Shown: positions 38,636 through 47,981 of the stretch, piece after piece
Numbering within the stretch: position 1 is the stretch's first letter
Layout of the letters: the number at the start of each line of letters is the position of its first letter
DNA from: an uncultured Lachnospiraceae bacterium
GTDB taxonomy: Bacteria > Bacillota > Clostridia > Christensenellales > UBA1242
Reading direction: 5' to 3'
Length of the DNA: 64,000 nt
Assembly: GCA_964405555.1 (NCBI GenBank)
Contig: CAYOOB010000003.1
Span: 24,606 to 88,605, forward strand
Made by a program: the position numbers and the translations under genes
Notes under the pieces: model-generated
What the model was told of the DNA's origin: nothing
The model's input: only the letters and a program-made list of their open reading frames with translations
The model's database searches: none

Positions 38636-38867
38636 TCCATAGAAGTTGAAGTGAAATAAGAAAAAGTTAAAAAAGCAAAGGGTATTAAAATAAGATAACA
38701 GGAAAAATGACATATATTTAACACATAAAATAATTTTAAGACGAAGGTCGTTAAAAAAGAAATGAGTTATGAATATGTCTATAAAAATGCAAAAACAGAT
38801 TGTTTATGCTTGACAAAATTAGACAAAATACCTATAATTTAAACTTGAAGAGGGTATAGGTGAGAAG

Positions 38868-39995
38868 ATGAATTGGAGTGAAATTTGGGATGATATTGTA
38901 ACATTCTTTAAGACGAATGTTTGGAATATTGTTCTTTTTGTTGCCGTTTTGCTTATAGGCATTATAATAATTAAGATTTTAATGAATATCGTTAGGCGTC
39001 TTTTAAACAAAACTCGCATGGAGAGAATAACAATTGGTTTTCTTTGTGCAATTTTAAAGATATGTTTTTGGCTTGTTCTGGTCTTGATTTTGTTAAGCAT
39101 AATCGGCATTGAAATTACTGGAATTTTAACCGCTTTGAGTGCCGTTGTGTTAGCAATAGGTTTGGCATTAGAAGATTTAATCGCAAATGTTGCCAACGGA
39201 ATTGTTATCATAACAAACAAGATGTTCAAGAAAGGCGACTACATTGAGGTGGACGGCAAAGAAGGTAGTGTTGTAAATATCAACTTTTTGTTTACTACAA
39301 TTGTGACGAGTGACAATAAAAAGATTATGATACCAAATTCCACAATAGTGGAAAATCCTGTGGTGGACTTTGATTCTAACGGAACAAGACGTGTGGAATT
39401 TAAATTTTATATTACATACGATAGCGATGTTGAAGTGGTAAAGAAGTTGATTATTGATTGTATGAAGAGTAATGGTAAAGTGCGATTGGTGCCAGAACCA
39501 TTTTGTAGGTTGAATGCTGTAAATCAAGGCGGTATGGAATTTATTGCAAGATGTTGGTGCGATTGTGAAGACTATTCGGATGTTTACTTTGATGTTTTGG
39601 AACTTGTTTATAATGAATTGAAACGCAATCAAATAAAACTTAAAGACCAAAAGGATGGTGTTACTTTGCCGTTCTCTAAAAATGGAATTCCAAAGAGAGT
39701 AGAAAAAGAGAGATTTGAAGATGACTCGATAGATTTGGAAAATATGAGTTTTTCAGAAATAATGGCAAGAAGTAAACAAAGAAATATGAAGAAACTTGAA
39801 AAAATGAGAAATAGAAAGAAAAATAAAAATACTAACCGTAAAAACGAAAATGTACAAATTGCAAGTATAGAAACTTCTACCAAAAGCAATGAAATAGGCG
39901 AGGGTGTCAACATTCAAACAGAACAAACAAAAAGAGAAGAAATAATTTCAAGTAATGAAGTGAAAAAAGATTCTCAAAACAATGATGAAAATTAA
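38868..39995 (+). CDS. small-conductance mechanosensitive channel (MscS family) with ~110-aa charged C-terminal extension
   Basis: TM3/beta-domain junction GILTALSAVVLAIGLALEDLIANVANGIVIITNKMFKKGDYIEVDGKEGSVVNINFLFTTIVTSDNKKIMIPNS is the MscS family core. Confidence 0.85.
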   Translation: MNWSEIWDDIVTFFKTNVWNIVLFVAVLLIGIIIIKILMNIVRRLLNKTRMERITIGFLCAILKICFWLVLVLILLSIIGIEITGILTALSAVVLAIGLALEDLIANVANGIVIITNKMFKKGDYIEVDGKEGSVVNINFLFTTIVTSDNKKIMIPNSTIVENPVVDFDSNGTRRVEFKFYITYDSDVEVVKKLIIDCMKSNGKVRLVPEPFCRLNAVNQGGMEFIARCWCDCEDYSDVYFDVLELVYNELKRNQIKLKDQKDGVTLPFSKNGIPKRVEKERFEDDSIDLENMSFSEIMARSKQRNMKKLEKMRNRKKNKNTNRKNENVQIASIETSTKSNEIGEGVNIQTEQTKREEIISSNEVKKDSQNNDEN

Positions 39996-40077
39996 AATTA
40001 ATAAAAAGACGCTACATAGAGAATTAAAGTAATATGAATTAAATATAAAAGTAAAATTATTATGATAATTAGTTAAA

Positions 40078-40110
40078 AAAACATCTTAATAAAGTTAAGG
40101 TGTTTTTATT
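40078..40110. terminator. bidirectional terminator between mscS (+) and 40145 gene (-)
   Basis: acatcttaa (40081-40089) / ttaaggtgt (40095-40103), flanked by A7 and T5. Confidence 0.5.
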
Positions 40111-40144
40111 TTTAATAATATGTATAAAGTGTTTGTCTAAATTT

Positions 40145-40768
40145 TTAATCAATTTTTTTGCCGCTTGTTACGTAGTCTAAAAATTCGTTCATATTTAATC
40201 CAACTTTTGGTTTTTTATATTCATAAATTTCGGTGCTATATTCTTTTATTGGTTTTATACATGATTTAGCATATTCAATTTGTTTAAATTTTTGCCACTC
40301 TATCGCGTTATCAATAGATTTAAACTCATAAATTCCTTTGTTTTTATAGTCAGAATGTTCGAATAGTTTCCAATTTTCATTTTCTTTATAAATAAGATAT
40401 GTATGAGCAAAGCCTGAATTTGATATATCTTCTTGATATGCTGAAATCCAAAACGTTTTAACTGAAAAACCTTTTTTCTCAAACCAATATCTTTCAATTT
40501 CAACTTGGTCATAACAATGTGCAATTCCATCTTTTAATATTTGGATAACAGGGCGTACCCTCCAATTATTACAAGCATCTTGAAATTCTTGTTTTGAACT
40601 ATCATACAACTTGTTGCCATTTTTGTCAATTATGCCATAATGAATATTTTCATCTAAAAATTTCATTAAATCCTCTGGTGTTTTTACATTATCTATATTC
40701 ACTTCTCGGTAATCCTTTTCTTTAAATTTTATTATAAGATTAAAGATAATAATTGTCAAATGATGCAA
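40145..40768 (-). CDS. hypothetical protein, possibly transglutaminase-like/papain-like cysteine peptidase fold
   Basis: Candidate Cys (..DGIAHCYDQVE..), His (..FAHTYLIY..) and Asp (..FEHSD..) appear in the order expected for a transglutaminase-like core. The start is uncertain: 40768 lacks an RBS, while an internal ATG at MKFLDE has AGAGGA upstream. Confidence 0.3.
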   Translation of the reverse strand: MHHLTIIIFNLIIKFKEKDYREVNIDNVKTPEDLMKFLDENIHYGIIDKNGNKLYDSSKQEFQDACNNWRVRPVIQILKDGIAHCYDQVEIERYWFEKKGFSVKTFWISAYQEDISNSGFAHTYLIYKENENWKLFEHSDYKNKGIYEFKSIDNAIEWQKFKQIEYAKSCIKPIKEYSTEIYEYKKPKVGLNMNEFLDYVTSGKKID

Positions 40769-40916
40769 TGAAAAAATTTCGATTAAACATTTTTAATTTA
40801 GTAACATTAATATGGTCTTTTTTATAAAATGTGGTGGTGGGGAGGTCTTTTTGCTTGATTTTAGATTAAAAATGTGTTAAACTTAATGTGCACTAAACTT
40901 TTATATGTTTTTAATT

Positions 40917-40992
40917 GACCTCGTAGTAAAACTGGATATTACGGCCCCCTCCTAAGGGGTTGTTCTGGGTTCGAGTCCCGGCGGGGTCACCA
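40917..40992 (+). tRNA. tRNA-Arg (anticodon CCT)
   Basis: Hand-folded cloverleaf. Acceptor gacctcg/cggggtc, D-stem gtaa/ttac, anticodon stem gcccc/ggggt, loop ctCCTaa. T-arm ctggg-ttcgagt-cccgg, discriminator A, encoded CCA. 76 nt. Confidence 0.85.
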
Positions 40993-40993
40993 A
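40949..40993 (+). repeat. attL: 45-bp direct repeat (3' part of tRNA-Arg from the anticodon loop to CCA+1)
   Basis: ctcctaaggggttgttctgggttcgagtcccggcggggtcaccaa, identical to 58325-58369. Confidence 0.9.
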
Positions 40994-41257
40994 TAGCAAT
41001 ACTTAATGGCTTGATTTTAGTTCTCAACATACTTCTACAAACTCAACCAATTCTAATATCCATATTAGAATTATTAACTTTAATATTGGGGGTGATTAGT
41101 ATAGAGAATAATAAATTGAGAAGAAATATCATCAACACACGCGGAGTATTAAGAATTTATTATCAAGTCTGTTAGGCATTGTTGTGTTGTGTGTTGTGCG
41201 GTGCAAATCCGCAATACTCCAAATATTATCAATGGTAGGCACTTAACCTACCATTTT

Positions 41258-41740
41258 TTATATAAAAATTTTTTCCATAACATCTATTGAGTTGTCAATA
41301 TCTTGACAATAGTGTGTGTAAATTTTTAGTGTTATATCACTGTTGGCGTGTCCTGCAAAATGGGGTTGATATTTAAGCCATGGGTATTTCTTTTCTACTT
41401 CATTTCTTTCGGACTTATTCAGTGTTTCAGGCTTAATAATTTCTCCTATTTGCATATAGCCCCAGATTACATGTTTGCCATTCTTATGATATTTATCATT
41501 GATAATGTCCTCATACCAGCCATAAAACAAAAATAAGTCGCCAACTCCCACTCCATTCTTTTCTAAATGAGCTTGAAAGCCTTTGATTTGCCCTAAACTA
41601 CCTTTAAAGTTTTCGCAATTAAAATAATTTTCTAATTGCGGGTCAAGGTGACAGTGAGTTTGTGGGTCAATGTGACAGTGAGTTTTTAAAAATGGTTTGT
41701 TTTGTTCTTTGACTTCAATAACTCTATTCAAAAATGGCAA
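41258..41740 (-). pseudogene. chimeric ORF: unknown N-terminal domain fused to the last ~32 codons of a tyrosine integrase (integrase remnant next to attL)
   Basis: The C-terminus ..AGHANSDITLKIYTHYCQDIDNSIDVMEKIFI carries the G-H-x(n)-Y-x-H catalytic-Tyr motif. It parallels the tail of the intact Int (..AGHSKALKTSDFYSHFIKNSDIHASEILNKIFE). The upstream 128 aa are unrelated and contain a 24-bp tandem duplication (41641-41688). Confidence 0.6.
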
Positions 41741-42052
41741 GTCACAAAAGGAGTTGCGACCTTGCCGTCATTTATAATTTGTATGAGGTGTAATATGAAT
41801 AAAAATGATGTTGTATTGAGAATAAGTCTAACTCAAATCAAACTCACACATTTAGGGTAATTTTTAGTTAAGGGTAAAAATAGCTATGTGAAAAAAGAGC
41901 ATACAAAAAAACATACTCTTTGGATGTAAGTTATTTTAAATATTTGACATATCTCATTTAAACGAATTATACTATCAACAAATATTTGAAATAACCAAAT
42001 AATTCAACATCTTTTGAAAGTTGTTTGACACATTTTCGGGACGGCGTTATTT

Positions 42053-42068
42053 CTCCTAAGCGGTTGGT
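42053..42068 (+). repeat. degenerate att-like site (14/16 match to the att core)
   Basis: ctcctaagCggttgGt compared with att ctcctaagGggttgTt, in the same orientation as attL/attR. Confidence 0.4.
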
Positions 42069-42387
42069 ATATCCACTTAATCCAGCGAAACGTTGATCTT
42101 CTCCAGAAAGTTGCAAAAAAACACATCTATATGGAGAAAATACATTGTTAAACTGTTAAATTTTGATGCGGTGTTCAAAATATTGGGGCGAATTTCTGAA
42201 ACTTAGGTGAACAAAATGAGAAGTCTTATTCATAAGTATCTTATTATGGAATTTGTGTTTTTACAGTAAATGATTTTTTTTATAAGTGTGTTTGATAAAA
42301 TTTTACAAAAAATTCATTTATTATATAAATTTGGAAGAAAAGTATGCTATAATGGTTTTAGTTTAATAAAGCGATAAAGGAGATTTT

Positions 42388-45300
42388 ATGCAAACGCTTC
42401 TAAATGATTTTTGTTTTTCAGAAGAAAAAGCTGGGCTACTTCTAGTTGATTTACCAACAGGAACTGGGAAAACTCACAATGCGGTTGAGTTTATATATAG
42501 AAATTATGAAAAAGTAAAAAATAAAATAATCTTTATTACTAATTTAAAGAAAAATCTTCCTATTGCCAAACTAAAAGAATTTTTTGAAAAGGACAATAGG
42601 CTTGATGATTTTGAAAAAGATGTATTGTTTATAGATAATAATGTCGATACACTTATAGATCACTTCAATGAAGTTGATAGTGGCAATAAAATCCCTTATG
42701 CTAAGTTTAATAAAAATGGAACCATATTCAATGTAAAACGCTGTATTAAAATTATCAATACATTGAAAGAAAGTTTAAACAATAAGAAACCAACCGATAT
42801 GGATGCATTTGTCTCAAAAGAAAATGCTTATTTTATGATTAATCAAGCAAGAGAAGATTTACGAGACAAATATGAAAAAGAGCTAAGAGAAGTTATTGAA
42901 GAAGTTCTGCGATTTGATAATGAAGGCAAACGAAGGTCTAAAGCACAAAAATTGGATTTAATAAAAAATGATCCAGATTACCAATGGATTTCAGTTCTCT
43001 ATCCAGCAGTAAACACAGACGATAAAAAGATTATATTTATGAGTACTGATAAATTTTTAGTTAGAAACTCTACAATCGTTGAACCATCATATAATATCAT
43101 TGACAACAAATCACTTCTTAACGAATCTATTGTTTTCATTGATGAATTTGATGCCAGCAAAGACATTATATTAAAGAACATCATAAATGAAAGTTTGGAT
43201 ACTAAAGTTAATATCATTGAGCTCTTTCGAATAATATATTCAGGTTTGGAAAACACTTCTTTTTCTAAGTTATTAACAGATGTTTCTGCAACATTAAAAA
43301 ATAAAATTGAGAAAAAAGAAAGAAAATATTACACACCAGATGAAATTATTGGAGAGTTTAGAGCAAGTGCGAAAGAGATAGCAGAAAAATATAATCTCGT
43401 AAATTATCATAAACTTGAGGAATCTGAAAAAGAGAGAGCAAATTTTCTTTTTCAAGACTACAAATTTCACACAATTTTAGGAGATGCTAAAAATTGCGTT
43501 TATCTAGACAATGATGAAGACTTTAAAATTAACTGGATAAAAAGAGCTAATGATATGAACATTTTGGAGAACCAAAATTTGTTTATGCTTTTGCAAGATA
43601 TTAAGTCTTTTTTAGCATATTTTCAAAATGGCATAAAGTTTATTGCAGATAACTATCGTAATCTAAAAAAAGAGCGTAAACAAGAAACAAATAATTTTTC
43701 TTATGAAGCATCAATTAAAACTGCACTTGCGGAATTTGGGATTGAAGGTAAATATTTGAATTATTTGACAAGTCAAATTATGAATACAAGAAAGGCTCGC
43801 TCTTATAAAATTGTTGATCTGAAAAGTGAACTAGACTTCTCGGTTTATGAAAAAGGGTTTAGATTCTACAATTTTATTGACAGTGATACTTTTGATACAC
43901 AGTCAAAAATCAATTTACTATCATTCAATATGTCGCCAGAGAAAATACTAATTTATTTATGTAGCAATGCCAAAGTTGTTGGAATTTCAGCTAGCGGTAC
44001 TCTTGAAACAGTAACTGGAAACTATGACTTGGGATATATAAAAAGGAAACTCGGCAAACTCTTTTACGAGATTGATGAAAAAGAAAAAGGAAGAATCAAT
44101 AATTTTATTATAAAACAACTAGGTAATTATAAAAATGTACAAATAGATATAGATAAATGCCAAATTACTAATAAAAACTACACTGATGTAATGTTAAAAA
44201 TTTTTGACGAACATATAAGTGAAAATATCTTAAACAAAATTTCGGAATATTCTACTGATGATTTTGTTAAAGCGAGATACTGTAAAATTGCTTATGCTAT
44301 TAACGAATTCTTTAGTCGCGGCATTAAGTCTTTTCTCTTTCTAACAAATGTGTCTATGAATAATAGTCTTGAGTTTAACTATAATTGCATAAATTATATT
44401 TTTGATATTTTAAAACCAAATGATTTAAGCAATGTATATTGTTATGCGTTAGAGGGATCTCTCGAAAAATTTGAAAATTTAAAACAAGCAGTAAAAGATA
44501 AACTTAAAAGTGGGAAACGGGTCTTTGTTGTTTCGACTTATCAAACATTAGGTGCCGGTCAAAATTTGCAATACGAGTATGATGACAATTATGAAGGTTT
44601 GTTAGAAACAATAAATGATAATACATATAGCAAAAAGCAAAAAGATTTCGAAGCATTGTTTTTAGATAAGCCTACTAATATGTTTGTTAATATGAATTCC
44701 AATCCAAATGAGGAACAACTTATTAAGTTTATTTATCAAGTAAAATGCTTAGAGGAAACAGGTTATTTCGATGTTGAAGAAGCTACGAGAGAAATTAAAA
44801 AAGGAATTAAAATACTGTACCATGCCTCTTCACAAGGTATTTCAACTCCCAGGTCAAAACATATTTATATGCACACTGCAAAGATAATTTTACAAGCGAT
44901 TGGAAGAATATGCCGTACAAATAATAAGAATAAAAATATATTTATTTCATTTGATTGTCAAATGGAATATGATTTAGCATATTGCAAAAATGAGCTTTTA
45001 AAAAGACCGATGAATTATGAATTGAAAGAGCTTCTAAATAAATGTGAGAATGTAAAAGAGGAAGTTGATAATTCGATTTTCAAAATCAATAATTCAAAAA
45101 TAAAAAAGAATTCAGATAAGATAGATTCTTTGTTGCATTTCAAATCCAATACTGATATTTCAAAATGGGAAGAATTGAGAGATATTGTATTAAAATATCC
45201 TTATGATAATGAAGGAATTCACAATGAATATGACATCTATTGTGAACTTAAAGAACCGAGTAGTTACTATTATTATAATAAGGATCAGAATGGAGAATAT

Positions 45301-45849
45301 AATATAACTTACGAAAAAGTTAATGATTATTGTATATCTGCAGATTTTGCAAATCTAAAAACCTTAATGTCAATCAAAGAAATAAAAACCTATTTTGAGG
45401 ATATGGGATATGCTACAACTCTCGAAAAATCCTCTTATATTTTATTACCTAATGTTTTTACGCGAATTTATCTTGGAGCCTTAGGCGAATCTGTTGGTGA
45501 ATATTTAATTAATAGGTTCCTTAATCAATACGATTTAAAACTTGAAAGAATAAGAGATGTCAATAGATACGAAAAGTATGATTTTGTTTTTGATAATGAT
45601 AAATATGTGGATTTTAAATATTGGAATGGGAATTTTGATAAAGATAGACAGAGAGAAGTTGAAAGATGTATTAGAAAACTAAATGAATGTGATGGAAAAT
45701 ATGGTTTCATAATTAATATACTAAAACCTAAAAATTATGATCCAAAACAATATGTTAGTCCAGATGAAAGGCTTACAATAATTCCATATCTATATGATCC
45801 TGAAACAAAAAAATGGAACCTAAAAGATCTTGAAAAATTGTTACATTAA
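42388..45849 (+). CDS. SF2 helicase (DinG/XPD-like motif set) fused to a C-terminal PD-(D/E)xK-like nuclease domain
   Basis: Motif I DLPTGTGKT (aa ~21), motif II VFIDEFDAS (aa ~250), motif III GISASGTL (aa ~532). Motif V-like VSTYQTLGAGQNL and motif VI LQAIGRICRT (aa ~835). C-terminal GALGESVGEY..YEKYDFVF..YVDFKYW (E...D...DxK, aa ~1030-1080). AAAGGAG RBS. Confidence 0.7.
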   Translation: MQTLLNDFCFSEEKAGLLLVDLPTGTGKTHNAVEFIYRNYEKVKNKIIFITNLKKNLPIAKLKEFFEKDNRLDDFEKDVLFIDNNVDTLIDHFNEVDSGNKIPYAKFNKNGTIFNVKRCIKIINTLKESLNNKKPTDMDAFVSKENAYFMINQAREDLRDKYEKELREVIEEVLRFDNEGKRRSKAQKLDLIKNDPDYQWISVLYPAVNTDDKKIIFMSTDKFLVRNSTIVEPSYNIIDNKSLLNESIVFIDEFDASKDIILKNIINESLDTKVNIIELFRIIYSGLENTSFSKLLTDVSATLKNKIEKKERKYYTPDEIIGEFRASAKEIAEKYNLVNYHKLEESEKERANFLFQDYKFHTILGDAKNCVYLDNDEDFKINWIKRANDMNILENQNLFMLLQDIKSFLAYFQNGIKFIADNYRNLKKERKQETNNFSYEASIKTALAEFGIEGKYLNYLTSQIMNTRKARSYKIVDLKSELDFSVYEKGFRFYNFIDSDTFDTQSKINLLSFNMSPEKILIYLCSNAKVVGISASGTLETVTGNYDLGYIKRKLGKLFYEIDEKEKGRINNFIIKQLGNYKNVQIDIDKCQITNKNYTDVMLKIFDEHISENILNKISEYSTDDFVKARYCKIAYAINEFFSRGIKSFLFLTNVSMNNSLEFNYNCINYIFDILKPNDLSNVYCYALEGSLEKFENLKQAVKDKLKSGKRVFVVSTYQTLGAGQNLQYEYDDNYEGLLETINDNTYSKKQKDFEALFLDKPTNMFVNMNSNPNEEQLIKFIYQVKCLEETGYFDVEEATREIKKGIKILYHASSQGISTPRSKHIYMHTAKIILQAIGRICRTNNKNKNIFISFDCQMEYDLAYCKNELLKRPMNYELKELLNKCENVKEEVDNSIFKINNSKIKKNSDKIDSLLHFKSNTDISKWEELRDIVLKYPYDNEGIHNEYDIYCELKEPSSYYYYNKDQNGEYNITYEKVNDYCISADFANLKTLMSIKEIKTYFEDMGYATTLEKSSYILLPNVFTRIYLGALGESVGEYLINRFLNQYDLKLERIRDVNRYEKYDFVFDNDKYVDFKYWNGNFDKDRQREVERCIRKLNECDGKYGFIINILKPKNYDPKQYVSPDERLTIIPYLYDPETKKWNLKDLEKLLH

Positions 45850-45927
45850 AAATAACTTCTTAGAAAATTTTTATAAATTTTTTGAATTGATATGTTATAA
45901 TTCTAATATATTTAGTGAGGATGAAGC

Positions 45928-46902
45928 ATGCTAAAAACCTTTTTTGATTTCTGTTCTGGAATCGGTGCTGGCAGACTCGGACTTGAGTATTGCGGGTTAA
46001 CTTGTGTTGGTCATTCTGATACAAGCAGGCTGGCAGACACAACATACAGACTGTTACATAATGCATCAACAGACAAAAACTATGGAAATCTTAAGAAACT
46101 TGGAAAAGACAATTTGCCAGATTTTGATTTGCTAATAGCTGGCTTCCCTTGTCAAACTTTTTCAGTAATTGGGAAACAGGCAGGATTTAGTGATGACCGA
46201 GGTCAAATTATTTTTCATTTGTCAAGAATACTTAGAGAAATGCAGCCGAAGTGTTTTATTTTAGAAAATGTAAAAGGATTAGTATTGCATGATAACGGTA
46301 AAACCATCAAAAAAATTATTGAAGAATTGAATAGATCTGGATATTCTGTTGCCTACAAAGTGATTTCAAGTTTGAATTGTGGAGTTCCTCAAATGAGACA
46401 AAGAGTCTACTTTGTTGGCATTAGAAAGGATATTTGTAACAGTATAAATGACTTTGCTTGGCCGAAGGATATAGCAAAACCAGAATTAAACGATTTTTTA
46501 CCAGATCGTAAACAGATACAACCTGAGTTTTTGAACATTTTAATTCATTATTTAAAAAATTCAACAAATAACGGGAAATATACAGTACAAGATTTGCAAT
46601 GCATGAATGGAAAAATTCTAGATACAAGGATGAACGACCTAAGGATCTATGATGGAAAAGTTCCTACTCTCAGGGCTCAACGCGATGGCATATATTATGT
46701 TTTTAATAATACAATTTATCAACTAACAGGATGTGAAGCATTAATATTGCAGGGCTTTTCCCAAGAATATGTGGATAGAGTTAGGGATAAAGTTTCTGAT
46801 AGGCATTTGCTGATGCAAGCAGGGAATGCAATGACGGTAAATGTAATAACATTGATTGGACAATGTTTAATAAATTATCTAAAGAAAAAGGAGAACAAAT
46901 AA
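45928..46902 (+). CDS. DNA (cytosine-5)-methyltransferase, specificity unknown
   Basis: Motif I FFDFCSGIGAGRLG, motif IV GFPCQTFSVIGK, motif VI ENVKGL, motif VIII QMRQRVYFVG, motif X AGNAMTV. Confidence 0.9.
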   Translation: MLKTFFDFCSGIGAGRLGLEYCGLTCVGHSDTSRLADTTYRLLHNASTDKNYGNLKKLGKDNLPDFDLLIAGFPCQTFSVIGKQAGFSDDRGQIIFHLSRILREMQPKCFILENVKGLVLHDNGKTIKKIIEELNRSGYSVAYKVISSLNCGVPQMRQRVYFVGIRKDICNSINDFAWPKDIAKPELNDFLPDRKQIQPEFLNILIHYLKNSTNNGKYTVQDLQCMNGKILDTRMNDLRIYDGKVPTLRAQRDGIYYVFNNTIYQLTGCEALILQGFSQEYVDRVRDKVSDRHLLMQAGNAMTVNVITLIGQCLINYLKKKENK

Positions 46903-47693
46903 TGGCAATTTGGAAAGATTTTGAAATAGAGTGTACTAATTATTTAAATTCACAATTTGGTAAATTCGCAAAATTTACTCATCTTGGAGATAGTGATTCT
47001 ACAGTTGCAGACATAAAAGTAAACACTAAAAATAAAAAAGAGTTTTATATTGAATCGAAACATTCTCCAGCACAGTGTGGACAATTTGTTTTAATTCCAA
47101 ATATTAAAACTCATAAATTTGATTATAGTTCGTTAAATGTAAACAAAATAAATAAGTACTCTTCACAGATAATAGAACATATGAATAAAAATTTTAAAGA
47201 ATTTAAGGAAGCTGGTACAGCTGGCAAAGAAATTAAATTTGAAGGGTGTGAGAATGTCTTCTGTGGTTGGATTATTGATTATCATAAATCGAAAAATGTA
47301 AAATTTTTCATGACCAACAATAATATTATACTTCCGATAGAACAATTTGCAGAATTTTTCACAGTTACAGCTAAATATCGTATAAAACGTAGCGGTTCAT
47401 CTCCTGTTGGGAACTCAAATATTATAAATGTCAAAAATTATGTTAAAGAACATTTCAATATTCAACACATTGAAGTTGTAGGAGATAAAATATTTGTTAA
47501 ATCAAATGAAGAATTACATAATAAAAGATTTGTGATAAACGGATATGAGTATATGTTGTCGAAGCGTGATGGAGTTTACGAAATAAGAAAACTATCTAAT
47601 ACTTTTAACGCGAATGTTATATTTTCTATTGAATTAAAACCTGGAAAGCAGGGGCTAACAGTTTCGCAATTTATTGCTTTATTAAATTTATAA
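46902..47693 (+). CDS. putative type II restriction endonuclease (PD-(D/E)xK-like)
   Basis: Its ATG overlaps the MTase stop (TAATG), which implies translational coupling. The N-terminal FEIEC...VADIKV...EFYIESKH fits E...D...ExK. No family-level identification. Confidence 0.45.
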   Translation: MAIWKDFEIECTNYLNSQFGKFAKFTHLGDSDSTVADIKVNTKNKKEFYIESKHSPAQCGQFVLIPNIKTHKFDYSSLNVNKINKYSSQIIEHMNKNFKEFKEAGTAGKEIKFEGCENVFCGWIIDYHKSKNVKFFMTNNNIILPIEQFAEFFTVTAKYRIKRSGSSPVGNSNIINVKNYVKEHFNIQHIEVVGDKIFVKSNEELHNKRFVINGYEYMLSKRDGVYEIRKLSNTFNANVIFSIELKPGKQGLTVSQFIALLNL

Positions 47694-47981
47694 TATACTC
47701 TCCAAAAAGCTGATATACTTTTTAACCGCAAATTTATATGTGGATAGATAATATTTACCAATTGGTAGGTCTCCAACAAGGAGGTTTGCCATTTTTTCAT
47801 TTTGTCCAGAATTTTTGAATAGATCAAGGAGGCTTTCACATTTGTCTTTTCTATATTCTTCATCTATGTCACAATCTTTTATAGCATGTTCAATACGTTT
47901 TATCCTGGAAACATAATCGCTACAAAGTTTTTTGGGAGTGTTGTTTTGTTTTAAATAACGAACAAAGTCAAACTCAAGCAT
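47688..47981 (-). CDS. 97-aa protein translationally coupled to the M.HhaI-like gene; function unknown
   Basis: Its ATG overlaps the MTase TGA (ATGCTTGA). Its 3' end overlaps the convergent 46902-47693 gene by 6 nt. Confidence 0.5.
   Translation of the reverse strand: MLEFDFVRYLKQNNTPKKLCSDYVSRIKRIEHAIKDCDIDEEYRKDKCESLLDLFKNSGQNEKMANLLVGDLPIGKYYLSTYKFAVKKYISFLESIL

Noticed and set aside
40960-41175. Track ORFs 40960-41175 and 58336-58557, both starting MFWVRVPAGSP
   Set aside because: Their shared N-terminus is simply the translation of the tRNA-Arg 3' half and att repeat. They have no RBS and diverge immediately after the repeat. They were useful only as a pointer to the direct repeat.
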